From Azolla caroliniana (taxonomy: Eukaryota > Plantae > Polypodiophyta), in NCBI GenBank assembly GCA_043228905.1, contig JBHGNT010000018.1, forward strand, positions 4,030,001 to 4,094,000: a stretch of DNA of 64,000 nt. Direction: 5' to 3'. The notes under the pieces are model-generated. The model did no database searches. It had not been told where the DNA came from and saw only the letters and a program-made list of their open reading frames with translations. Made by a program: the position numbers and the translations under genes. This document shows, piece after piece, positions 50,608 through 62,030 of the stretch. Position 1 is the stretch's first letter. Each line of letters starts with the position of its first letter.

Positions 50608-52205
50608 TTCGCGTTCACAAGTGGAAGGATCACGCATAAATGGAAGGATAAGGGAAATTTTAGGGGTTTTTCAATGATTTTACAAAACACATTGATACTA
50701 GTATCATACACGTTCAAACATACTATGAAAAAGGTTAAAAATCCACTATTTTCGTGATTTAGAAGTAACTAAAAAAAGACGAATTTCAAAAAGATACATT
50801 CTCAATTTATATCACAAACTTTACAACCAATGTTATTTTATAAGAAACGATTTTTTAGAAATCATAAGAATTCAAAACACATGATTTTATATTACTCGAT
50901 TTGTTACAAGCGGAATGTAGTTACACTTAATAGCCAAATATACATTCATGATTACTCCTTTACGGAGAATCACTACTATAACTAATATACAATGATGATT
51001 CCTCCTCATCATCCTCGGATGTACCAATCAGTGCATTATCTTCGTCATAAACCAAATGGTTGGACTCTAGATTATATGTAGCAGATCTCATTTGCCTTTG
51101 ACTCGAGCCACCTTGTAGACTTGGTAATTTTTCTTTTATTATATCTATTGTTGACTTCCTTAATCATCCGGCTTTTGTAAGTGTGAAGTCGTACACGATG
51201 ATATCCACATCAGAGATATCAAGGGTCGAGGTGTTACAAATGTTTCGCTTCCTCTTCCTACCTCCCCTTCTTGTTGGGCATTCAATCATCTCCAATGTAT
51301 ACTTACCTGTAAAAGCATTTGCACTTCTAGTGTTGTACCAATGAACATTTATAGACTTGATCGTGTTTTCTATTTCATGCATTAGCACTTCTAGAATTTT
51401 ACCAACCCAAAATTGGTGGCCATGTGAGTTCTCATCAGCTAGCGTTGCAATCAACATCCCCGCGGTGAGCTCTTGCAAATTGCCTTGCCATCTAGCTTCG
51501 GCTACTTTGGTCATCCTTGGTCCCACATAAATGTCTCTTTGTTGTGGATGGACCAAGTTGTCATTAATCGCATTTACTAGTTGCTTCGGAGTTCTATTTA
51601 CGCGATCATGTTGCAGCGACCATGTGAATGGCGTTTCCAAATTCCAATTATCAATAGATACACAATTGTCTATAATTTCTTTCTGATCACTATAAAATAC
51701 ATCCCACCATGACGTGTCTTGTTGTGCGGCATATTTCTTGGCGGCCTCAATATGCTTTCTTTTTTCTTCTAAGGCTTGGAGCCATGACCGTTTTTGTTCT
51801 GATACCAAGTCGCTCTGCAACTGTCCTTTCTTCTCAATTGGCATTTGCTTAGCTCCATGGACAATTGTACTCGGCATACAAAGTAATAACTGGCAACCAC
51901 CTTCAGGTTCCCATGTTGTAGAAGATGAATATTGTTTAGCATACAAAAGTGTAGAACCACTTATTCCATTTTTCTTTATCATAAAAATGTGATTGAAACT
52001 TATATTGTTTAACTGAGCAAGCACTTTAACATTCCCACCACCCCCATCTAATATATATCTCTTAAAGTCATATACCTCCTTCAAGTGTAACACTTTTGGG
52101 CGTGGTGTATAAGCATCACAAATGACATCAAATAGTTTAGGTAAAGTGAAAGCATCATGCCGAGACAACTGTCTGGAGAATGTGCTAAACATCTTATCTA
52201 TACGG

Positions 52206-52909
52206 TGTCGTAGTGTATTCCACACACTACGTGAAAACCATAAAATAATATATCCGAATTTAGATACATATAAATAAATAAATAATATATCAAAAGAATT
52301 TATCACATGCATAGGGCAGGATTCAAACCATGCACCTCCACGTAGATAAACCCCAACTTTACCATTGTAATAACTTATCTTTAGTGTTATAAATATAGAT
52401 TTAATACATATAAGACCTTTATTTACACATACCTTTATTAAAAGGTAAAAATCATGTATTCTTTAGAGTGTGAATATTTTATTTACACGTGACATTAAAA
52501 GTGACTCATGCACATCTAGCGTGCACGAGCCCTATATTTAGGAAATGACAAAACATCACATGCACATTTAGTGTGCATGGGCACTTTAGGTGAAAAAGCA
52601 TGAAGCCATGCTTAGCCTCTTCCATCTTTATATAAGGAGGAGAAAAATATGTATATGGTTGTTGATTAATATACAAGGATTGATCAATCTAATATATTCG
52701 TGGGATTCACGAATTTTGCCATCTAATCGCTCTTATAATCTAAATATTGTTTTAATTACACTAGACTCGTGGGATTCACGAGATTGCTATCTTACTTCTC
52801 TTTCCACTATTCATAACTAGCCTTAAGTTGTATTCCTCTTCCTCCTAGTCAAAAACCTCGGCGGTTCCCACCCGACTCACGCAACGATCCGGAGCCGAAG
52901 GGCACGACA
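52206..52909 (+). repeat. Gypsy D 5' LTR
   Basis: TGTCG...CGACA, direct repeat of 58581-59284. Confidence 0.96.
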
Positions 52910-52913
52910 TAGT

Positions 52914-52931
52914 TGGTGAACCCGACGTGAA
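52914..52931 (+). promoter_or_regulatory. Primer-binding site complementary to tRNA-Trp 3' end
   Basis: TGGTGAACCCGACGTGAA is the reverse complement of TTCACGTCGGGTTCA-CCA, the plant tRNA-Trp(CCA) 3' end as I recall it. Confidence 0.8.
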
Positions 52932-52948
52932 AACCGGGTGGCAAGGAG

Positions 52949-54991
52949 ATGGAAAATCAACCGGAGGCTAGCAACATGATGATGATGTTCGAGCGCATGC
53001 TACAAGAACAACGTGCGATGTCGGAGATAGCGGCATCAGTGGAGCGGCTCGTGCAACGAAACGGGCAATTCAACGGGAAAGACGTGTCGCGGTATCTTCG
53101 GGACTACAAGGCGGAGATGCTACGGTGCGGAATATCGGAAGGACTGCAAGTGACGTCCTTCAACCGGGTGGCGACCGACGGGCTTCAAGCAAGCATCCAT
53201 GGGCTACGACAGCAAAATCCGACATGGGAGGCGTTTGAAGTAGAGCTAAAGAGGACGTTCACCATCGAGGATTCCTCCAAGGCGACGCGAAGGGGATTCG
53301 AAGATTGGGTGGAGACGCCGGACAAGGGATTGAAGGTCGTTGATGTGTTTTCGGCATTCGAAAGCTGGTTCGGGAGGTTGTCCGCGAGAGATCAAGCTAT
53401 CCTCGTACCGGACAAGGTGATCATGTTCTTGCGAGCCGTGGACGTCCGGGACCGGAAAGATCTCGGAGTGCTCTTGGAGGACACGACCACGGAGAGTGGC
53501 CTCACCGAAACATGGGAAAGCGTGCGGGATATCGTCGCGCGATACACGAAGAGGGGGCAATGGCTTGCCGACGAGGAAAAGAGGGTTTCGGAACCGATTC
53601 CGAAACTGAGAACCGGATTGGAAGACCATCAACTGAGGGCTCGAGAGACTACAACCGAGAAGGGGATTGATGCATCTACGGTGGAGCCACTATTGAAGGA
53701 GATGGAGAATCTGAAGATCGCGATGGTGAAGAAATCGGATGACCGCCCCACAAGCTCCAAGTATACGGACCGACGGTGCATATGGTGCGATAGCGCCGAA
53801 CACGATCGGAGGGATTGCAACGAGCATAAGGAGGCGCTACGGCGGGATCTCATCTACTACGAGGGAAACCGGATTCATTCGATGGACTCTCGGAAGCCAC
53901 TCCGACCGAACTTCCGGAAAGGCGGCATGAAGAAGGTGCTCGAGGAGGAATTGGCGGCAAGAAGCAACTATGCGACAACCGCGGGAATATGTGTCGGGGA
54001 GTCATCGAGAGCAAAGACGTCTTTTTGGCCGGAAGTTCTAGAAAACACCGAGAAAACCGACTCCAACGAGATCCGAAGCACCGCGGAAGGCGTCCGGGAA
54101 GCTACGGGATGGGAGTGCCCTGTCGACAAGAATAGCATATACGCCCTGTGTCAATTGCATAAGGTGTATGTGGACGAGAAACGACGACGCACGGAGGATG
54201 CGGCCGGGCCATCGAAGATACCGGAAAGCTGGAACTCCGGAGGTAAGGGAAAAGAAAAGGCGACTCCGGCATTCAAGATCGCCTCGGACATAGAACAACA
54301 AACCGACTTGAAAAGAGTGTTCGAGGAAAGAATCTTGGATAGCCGGGTAGATTTCTCGCTTCGGGAGCTACTCGGAATAGCAAAGAAGGAGTTCCACAAT
54401 CTTCTCGTGGATCTCGTGAAGCGAAAAAGACAAAGTACGGAGGAAAATGCTCCAAGGGTGAATGCGAACACCGTTTTAATGAATGACACCGAAGTGGAGG
54501 ACGAAATTCCGAACTCCCACTATACAAGGCCACATTGGGCACGCGCGACTACGGAGACTCCGGTCCGAATTGGCAACATCAAAGAACCCGTGCTAGCATT
54601 GATTGATCACGGATCGGAGATCAACTTGATGTCCAAGGAGTTCTACCGGAAGGGGAAGTGGCCTATTAACACCAACCATGGATGGAAGATTCGGGCGGCC
54701 ACCAAAGCAACGTAAGATCTATTTGCGGCTTGTCCGGATGTGACGGTGAAGATCAGGGATGTCGAGATCGACCAAAATTTCTTCGTGCAAGATGAGGTTT
54801 CACATTCCGTCATCCTCGGCCAACCCTTTATCACAGCATCACGGATGGAGACGAAGGTGCTCGATAGCGGTGCGGCTTTTGCGCGAATTCGGAGCCAAAA
54901 CGGTGGGAAATCCGTCCAATTCCTAACGGTGCCGGCAAATCACGAAAGGAACAAGAGGGAACTCTTGTCCCAAGTGAGAATGGATTTTTAA
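52949..54991 (+). pseudogene. Gypsy D gag-protease ORF1 with premature TAA at 54713-54715
   Basis: Knuckle CIWCDSAEHDRRDC and protease LIDHGSEIN. Continues in frame into ORF 54740-54991, which ends ATG GAT TTT TAA. Confidence 0.9.
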
Positions 54992-57900
54992 AGCGGACTG
55001 TTGCGGAGTGGGGAAGTGATAGTCCGAGAAGCCCTGATACCCCACACAGGAAGAAAACTCTCGGAGCAAAACATGTACGAATCGGTCCGGATGGGGCATC
55101 CACGTACACGACCGTAACCGGAGGATTGAAGAAAGGATACCGACAAGTGGAGGATAAGTTGCGGTCGGCATCAATAATAAAAGAAGATGAAGAAATCGTG
55201 GGGATAGTCGAGGAAGTGTTCTATGGGAGCACGCTACAATGACTTGAAGAGCTTGCGGAAGATAAAAGCCAAGGGAACCGGGTAGTTCCGGTGGAATCGG
55301 TCGAGATGTACGAGATCATTGCGAAAATGGAGCCGGATACGCTCCGTAAAGAAGAAGCAATGGTAAGTACGAAATACAAGACCGTGGAGAAGAAGGTGAA
55401 ACCGGCTGCGGGACCACTACCCGCCGATAGCGAACAAAAGAGGAAAGAAGTCTCAGGAGATCCGACACTTCGGAAGACCGTGGATATCGGACATGCCTTC
55501 ACGGATGAGACCCGGAAGAAACTTCGGATCGGTGGAGGTGGGTTCCTATTACAAAAAGAAGAGGAACGGTTTCGTGAGATGTTGGAGCAACACGGCAAAG
55601 CGTTTGCATTTACATCAAGGGAGATAGGGTGCGTCGATCCGAGAATAGTGGAGCCGATGGTGATCTTCACAATTGACCATGTACCGTGGAACCTGAAGCC
55701 GATTCCGGTACCACGAGCGCATATTCCGAAAGTCATTGACTTGCTCAAGGAGAAGGTGGCGATGGGGATTCTAGAGCCATCAACTGCTCCGTACTCAAAT
55801 CGATGGTTTACGGTTCCGAAGAAGAATGGGTCACTCCGATTTATCCAAGACTTGCAACCGGTGAATAAGGTCACGATCCGGAACTCGGGAGTCGGCCCGA
55901 TAGTGGACGAATTTGCGGAAGCTTTTGCCGGTCGTGCGATATACTCCATCGGAGACCTATACTCGGGGTATGACCAATTCCAACTAGCCGTGGAGAGCCG
56001 AGACATCACAACCATGCGAACACCGATAGGATTAGTCCGAATGTGCACACTACCACAAGGAGCGACAAACTCGGTTGCTCATATGATGAACGCGATGAAC
56101 AAGGTGCTTCGAGACTGCATTCCGGAGATAACAATGCCGTTCCTCGATGACATTCCGATGAAAGGATGCGCGGTCGAAGAAAAAGATGAGACTATGGATG
56201 ATCGGGGATGCCGAAAGTTCGTGGTCGACCATATTCATGATTGCGAGAAAGTGTTGCGAAAGCTAGAAGATGTGCACCTAACACTTTCCGGGGAGAAATC
56301 GGCATTCGGGCAAGAAGAAATATTGGTGGTCGGACATCTATGTGGGCCCTACGGCCGAAGACCGTCACCAACAAAGATCGATGTGATTCAAGCTATGGAG
56401 GAAGTATGCAAGTCAACATTCGAAGTCCGAAGGTTTCTCGGTGCATGTGCATTCTATCACATATGGATTCCGCACTATGCACATATAGCGGACCCGCTCT
56501 ACCACTTGTTGCGGAAAGGTAAGAAATTCGAATGGAAACCGGAACACACCAAAGCCATGAAGAAATTGAAGAAGACACTTCGGAGGGCGGAAGCACTTAA
56601 GAAGCCGAGCTACGACCGACCGATCATAGTAACGGTTGATACAAGTCCAACCGGTATTGGGTGGGTCATCAATCAAGCCGACTCGGATGGTTCGCGGTAT
56701 CCGATCCGATTCGGAGCAAAGGTTCTCAACGAAAGGCAACATGGATATGCACAAGTCAAAAGAGAACTGTGGGGAGTCGTGTCGGCGATAAAATCGGATC
56801 GGGATTATTTGATCGGAGCCGAAGTGGTGATCGAGACGAATTGTCTTCCGATACTCGGGATGATGCGGTGTTGTACGATACCAGATGTAGCTATGCTAAG
56901 GTGGGTTGCATATATCAAGTCGCTTAATCCGGAGGTTCGACACATCTCGGGGAAGGAAAACACGGTAGCGGATATGTTATCAAGGGCTCGGTTCGGAGAC
57001 GACATAACCGAATCGGATAATGAAGAAGTTTCCGAAGACTACTTCACGTCGGAGCACATATGCCGAGTGAACGTAATCCGAGAATTTCGGGAAGAAGAAT
57101 ATGAGGGAGAAAGTTTGATGATCGGAAAGATGTTACAAGAGGCCGAGGACTCGACAAACGATAAAGGAAGAAGAGCCGAGATCCGAAGGAAGAAGAGGCA
57201 AGTCCAAAAGTTCTTCTTGGAAAACAGATTAATATGGAGGGCGCCGAAAAGACCGGATGGTATACCGCTTCGAGTAGTCGGGACAAAAGAGCAACAAGAC
57301 CGGATAATGTCCGAGTTTCACGAATCCGATTGGGCTGGACACCGAGGAACATGGGCAACATTTGTGAAGATCAAGCAAAAATATTGGTGGAAGAAAATGT
57401 ACAAAGATGTCGCGGAGTTCACGGAGAGCTGCGAGAAATGTCAAGTCTACTCCGGGGTTCGACATCGAGATGAGTTACATCCGACATTCTCACCGACAAT
57501 CAACTTCAAGTGGATGGTTGACATAGTGGCCATGCCGACCGGGATCGGACAAAAGAAATACTTGGTATTAGCTCGGGAAGATCTCACGAATCAAGTAGAA
57601 GGTCGAGCGCTTCAGAGGAAAACGTGTTCCACGGTATGCCAATTTCTTTTGGAGGAAGTATTTTGTAGGTACAGGTGCGTAGGACAAGTGATTGCGGACC
57701 GGGGGGAACTCGACTCGGACAAAGCTAGGGGATTCTTCGCCAAACACGGAGTTCGGTTATCGCTGACAACGGCATACAATCCGGAGGCCAACGGGAAAAT
57801 TGAACGAGGACATAGTCCAATCGTGAAAGCACTTGCAAAGGCATGCGATGGAAAGGTGAAGGACTGGCCGCAGATGCTTCCGTATGCACTATGGGCGGAT

Positions 57901-58623
57901 CGGACGACGCATAACTCCATAACCGGGTACATGCCGGCAGAACTCATGACCGGACAAGCACCGGTAATGCCGACGGAAACCGTGATCGCAACATGGACAG
58001 TGCTACCGTGGAAGGAAGAGATGAGCCGGGAAGAACTACTAGCGGTCCGGATACGACAACTAGAGGGGAGACCGGCAGACATAACGGAAGCAATACGCCG
58101 ACAACAAGAAGCACGATTAAGGAACAAAAGCCGGTTCGACACAAAGCACCGACTACGACCGAGGAGGATTGAAGAAGGAGACTGGGTGATCGTCTATGAC
58201 AGTAGTTTGGACCATCAACATACAACGATGCGGAAATTCGCGAAAAGGTGGTTCGGGCCATACGAGGTTCGGAAAGTCTTCGACAACGGAACGTACCGAC
58301 TGTCCGAGTTGGATGGAACAATACTACGAGTGTCTATAGCCGAGAAGCGGGTGAAGATTTTCAAGAAGTGGACCGACGACAAACCCTATGTGATCCAAGC
58401 CAAGGCCGACAACGAGGAGCAATCGGACGAGGATCACGGTGATGCGGGAAGCGAAGAAAGTGAATTACAACTCATAGTCGACATAAGGGGAGAATCGGAG
58501 GAAACTTTGGGTGAAGACGGAGATGGGGAATCGAGAACTTCGGCACATACCGGAGGATGTGCGGGTTCGGAGGGGGCGAGTGTCGTAGTGTATTCCACAC
58601 ACTACGTGAAAACCATAAAATAA
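54982..58623 (+). pseudogene. Gypsy D pol (RT-RNase H-INT) in the -1 frame, premature TGA at 55240-55242
   Basis: 1110-aa ORF 55291-58623 (FLDD, DTSPTGIG, GHRG..CEKC, ADRGELD, NGKIERGH). The frame is open back to 54982 except for that one stop. Confidence 0.9.
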
Positions 58624-59284
58624 TATATCCGAATTTAGATACATATAAATAAATAAATAATATATCAAAAGAATTTATCACATGCATAGGGCAGGATTCA
58701 AACCATGCACCTCCACGTAGATAAACCCCAACTTTACCATTGTAATAACTTATCTTTAGTGTTATAAATATAGATTTAATACATATAAGACCTTTATTTA
58801 CACATACCTTTATTAAAAGGTAAAAATCATGTATTCTTTAGAGTGTGAATATTTTATTTACACGTGACATTAAAAGTGACTCATGCACATCTAGCGTGCA
58901 CGAGCCCTATATTTAGGAAATGACAAAACATCACATGCACATTTAGTGTGCATGGGCACTTTAGGTGAAAAAGCATGAAGCCATGCTTAGCCTCTTCCAT
59001 CTTTATATAAGGAGGAGAAAAATATGTATATGGTTGTTGATTAATATACAAGGATTGATCAATCTAATATATTCGTGGGATTCACGAATTTTGCCATCTA
59101 ATCGCTCTTATAATCTAAATATTGTTTTAATTACACTAGACTCGTGGGATTCACGAGATTGCTATCTTACTTCTCTTTCCACTATTCATAACTAGCCTTA
59201 AGTTGTATTCCTCTTCCTCCTAGTCAAAAACCTCGGCGGTTCCCACCCGACTCACGCAACGATCCGGAGCCGAAGGGCACGACA
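58581..59284 (+). repeat. Gypsy D 3' LTR
   Basis: Direct repeat of 52206-52909. Confidence 0.96.
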
Positions 59285-61526
59285 ACGGTCATGTGTGTGG
59301 CCAACCAAAAGGAAATTGACTTTCACTTTCCTAAACAATTCTAGGTTGACCAACATACTTAGATAGCCAAATACAGTTGAATTTTTGTTCTCTCTAGCAG
59401 TATTGTCCAATTGAATGTATAGAACAGGGGGGAAAGGTTGGCCCCAAGACATCAAAACTCGGTGAATCACTGTAACTGTTAGGTTAGGGTCATTGTGAAC
59501 ATTGGGGTAAGTAATGAAGACGTGAGGTCGAATAGACCTATTATAAGCCAAGCATCCCACCAAGTGCATTTGAACAAGGCACTCATCATTGACATCTTTG
59601 GGGAGCCTTTGCATATGCGGCAAGCATGTCTTCTTCTGGTCCATGCCATCTATCATTAAGCACATGTATTGTTGGGGCCTCTTCAAACACTTCTCTCTAT
59701 GATGCATCGCCTTCTTTCGTTCTAAGGATTGTGCCTCACGATGCTCTTGTAGTAACTTCTTACTCGTATCCTTTTCCATTGATGTCTTTGCACCTTTAGC
59801 CAAACTTTTAAGATTTGCACAAATGGAGCAATACCCCATACGTACTTTACGAGGAATAATAACATTTGAAAACCGAGCTCTCCATAATCTTGTGAATTGG
59901 CTATAGGTGATAGACTTATTACGTGAGCCCAGCATATCAGATTGATAGACATCATAAACTTCCCGACGTGTATAATTATCAGAAAGATGCATCCTACTTG
60001 TAGTGGGCATTACTTCACAATTTAACTGAAAGTAAGTTTTCATCCAACCAATAGCATGTCTTCCAATTGCACCTTTCATACTTGGAACCTCTTTACAATT
60101 GAGCATTTGATCCCCGCTAAGTAGACGTTGTTGTACTCTATGTAGCCGCATGTTACTAACACATAACGCAATTTTGAATGCAACTCTACATATCTGTTGC
60201 GCATGGAAGATATAATACTCGAATGATACTTTGATCCCCGTACATTTGTCAGATACTAGTTGCATATGTGACCCGAGGTAAGCGTCTTGCTCATCACTGG
60301 TCATCGAAAAATAGTATCGCCTTAATTCTCGCAACTTTGATTTTCCAATCATAGACATACAACCACGGGCACGACATATTTTTTTGACATCAAACCCAAT
60401 CTGTTTATCTGATGTCACCAAGCTAAACCTTGCCAGACGAATTCTTTGTGGGATTCTTCTAATATGCAAAGGGCTCCCAGATTTCTCTTCCTGCATAGAG
60501 GTTGGTGTAACCTTGTTACAGTCTAATTCTCTGTTGTGACCATCGCCAATGTTATTCAATGTTTCCTGGGCACTACCTTCATTCTCGGTATCTTTATTAA
60601 TATCGTATTCTTCAATAGAGAACTCTTCACATGTGTCATTATTTACGTTTCCTGTAGATGAGCTCAGACAATATTCTTCGATAGAATATGGTGAGTCGGT
60701 CGACAGACAATATTCTTCAATCGAATATGGTGACTCAGTTGACAAACAATACTCTTCAGTAGAAAACGATGGGTCTGATGACAAACAATATTCTTCAATC
60801 GAGAACGGTGAATCTTCACTCATGGCTTAAGGTCTAGATAGGGCTCTCTAAGTTATGTGCTTAGGGTAAGGAAAAAAACTAATAAGCTCCTCTCTAAACA
60901 TATACTCCACTCTAAATATAAACTTCTCTCTAAACAAAAGCCAAATCAATAGAATGTCTATATTATGTAATATTCTATTAATACAATACATCAAAAAATT
61001 ATTTTTAATGAAGTAATTGTACTTAAAATATCAATTATTATATAAACTAGATCTATATGAAGTTAAATCAAGTATAATATAAAACTAATCATTAACAAGC
61101 CATGAATATGTTGGATTAATGTTAAAATCATTGGCTAATTAATGGCACCCATTTTGATATAGAACGTCTCACTCATTGGTTCTTTAATGCTCACCATTTT
61201 AAATATTAGACTTATCAATCATTGGTTAATTCATGCCAATATCTTTAATACATAGCATTTGAGAGTCATAAAAATGGTTGCTTTTAGTAATCAATCATTG
61301 GTACATTCATGAATCTCTATCATTGTCTCCTTCATAACCTTTGAAGTCATTGCAGGTTGTTATGACTATAAAAGATTGATCAATATGTTAGTTTGACTTT
61401 GTAATCATTAATGCAATCATAAGTTACTCTAGTTAATGTGACAATGGTTACCAACTAACTATCCTCAAAGTTACCAACCTTAGTTAAGGTGACTATGGTT
61501 ACTTTAACCAATGTGGTCAAACCTAA

Positions 61527-61599
61527 ACTTTAAACACGAACTCGATACGCCGACTTTAAACACGAACTTGATACGCAGCATCGAGTTCGTATTTAAAGT
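61527..61599. repeat. 24-bp motif, two direct copies plus one inverted copy
   Basis: ACTTTAAACACGAACT(C/T)GATACGC at 61527-61550 and 61553-61576; inverted GCATCGAGTTCGTATTTAAAGT at 61578-61599. Confidence 0.85.
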
Positions 61600-62030
61600 G
61601 TAGTCTGAGAGAGAAAAATTGTGTTTTTGGGGTAACAAATAATTATGGTGTGGAAAAGATATCAAATTGTCTGGCAAAATCAGTCTTTTTTATGTTGACT
61701 TTCCTTACTTAAAAAAAAAAAAGCTCTAATTATAGGTGTTTTATGACCTACTTTAGCTTAAAATAGTAGAAAATGATCCACAAATTGCCTTTACGATAGC
61801 AAATTCTCCTCAATATAGGTTTGGAATCTATATAAGTCATACCTACTATTTAAAAGAATATATATAACCCCGTTTACTTATTACGATATATATTTTCTAG
61901 GTTGAATAGCCCTGCCTATAATAGATTTTTGAATATAGGACTGCTAATGAGAACTGTTCTTCATGTTAATATACAACCTTAATCTACGTGACCACCTAAC
62001 TTATGTTTTTGCATATACTTTCTTAAATAG

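Larger units (their letters stand above)
52206..59284 (+). mobile_element. Ty3/Gypsy LTR retrotransposon D, full length (7079 bp), related to A
   Basis: 704-bp LTRs at 52206-52909 and 58581-59284 with no difference seen by eye. 4-bp TSD ACGG at 52202-52205 and 59285-59288. PBS, gag-PR, pol and PPT GGAGGGGGCGAG present. Confidence 0.97.
50960..60823 (-). pseudogene. Sola-like (DUF7869-type) DDD transposase split by Gypsy D; 858 aa to first stop, about 926 aa if TGA at 51164-51166 is a mutation
   Basis: Removing 52206-59284 and one ACGG fuses ORFs 59252-60823 and 51164-52312 in frame as VGHTHDR|IDKMFS. Motifs ICRVAFKIALCVS, CSIC...H, MIDGMDQ..TCLP, QLDNTARENKN, GHTHDRID. Confidence 0.8.

Noticed and set aside
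51164-52312. 382-aa ORF as a standalone gene
   Set aside because: Its first ~36 codons are antisense LTR sequence, and the rest is the C-terminal half of the split transposase.
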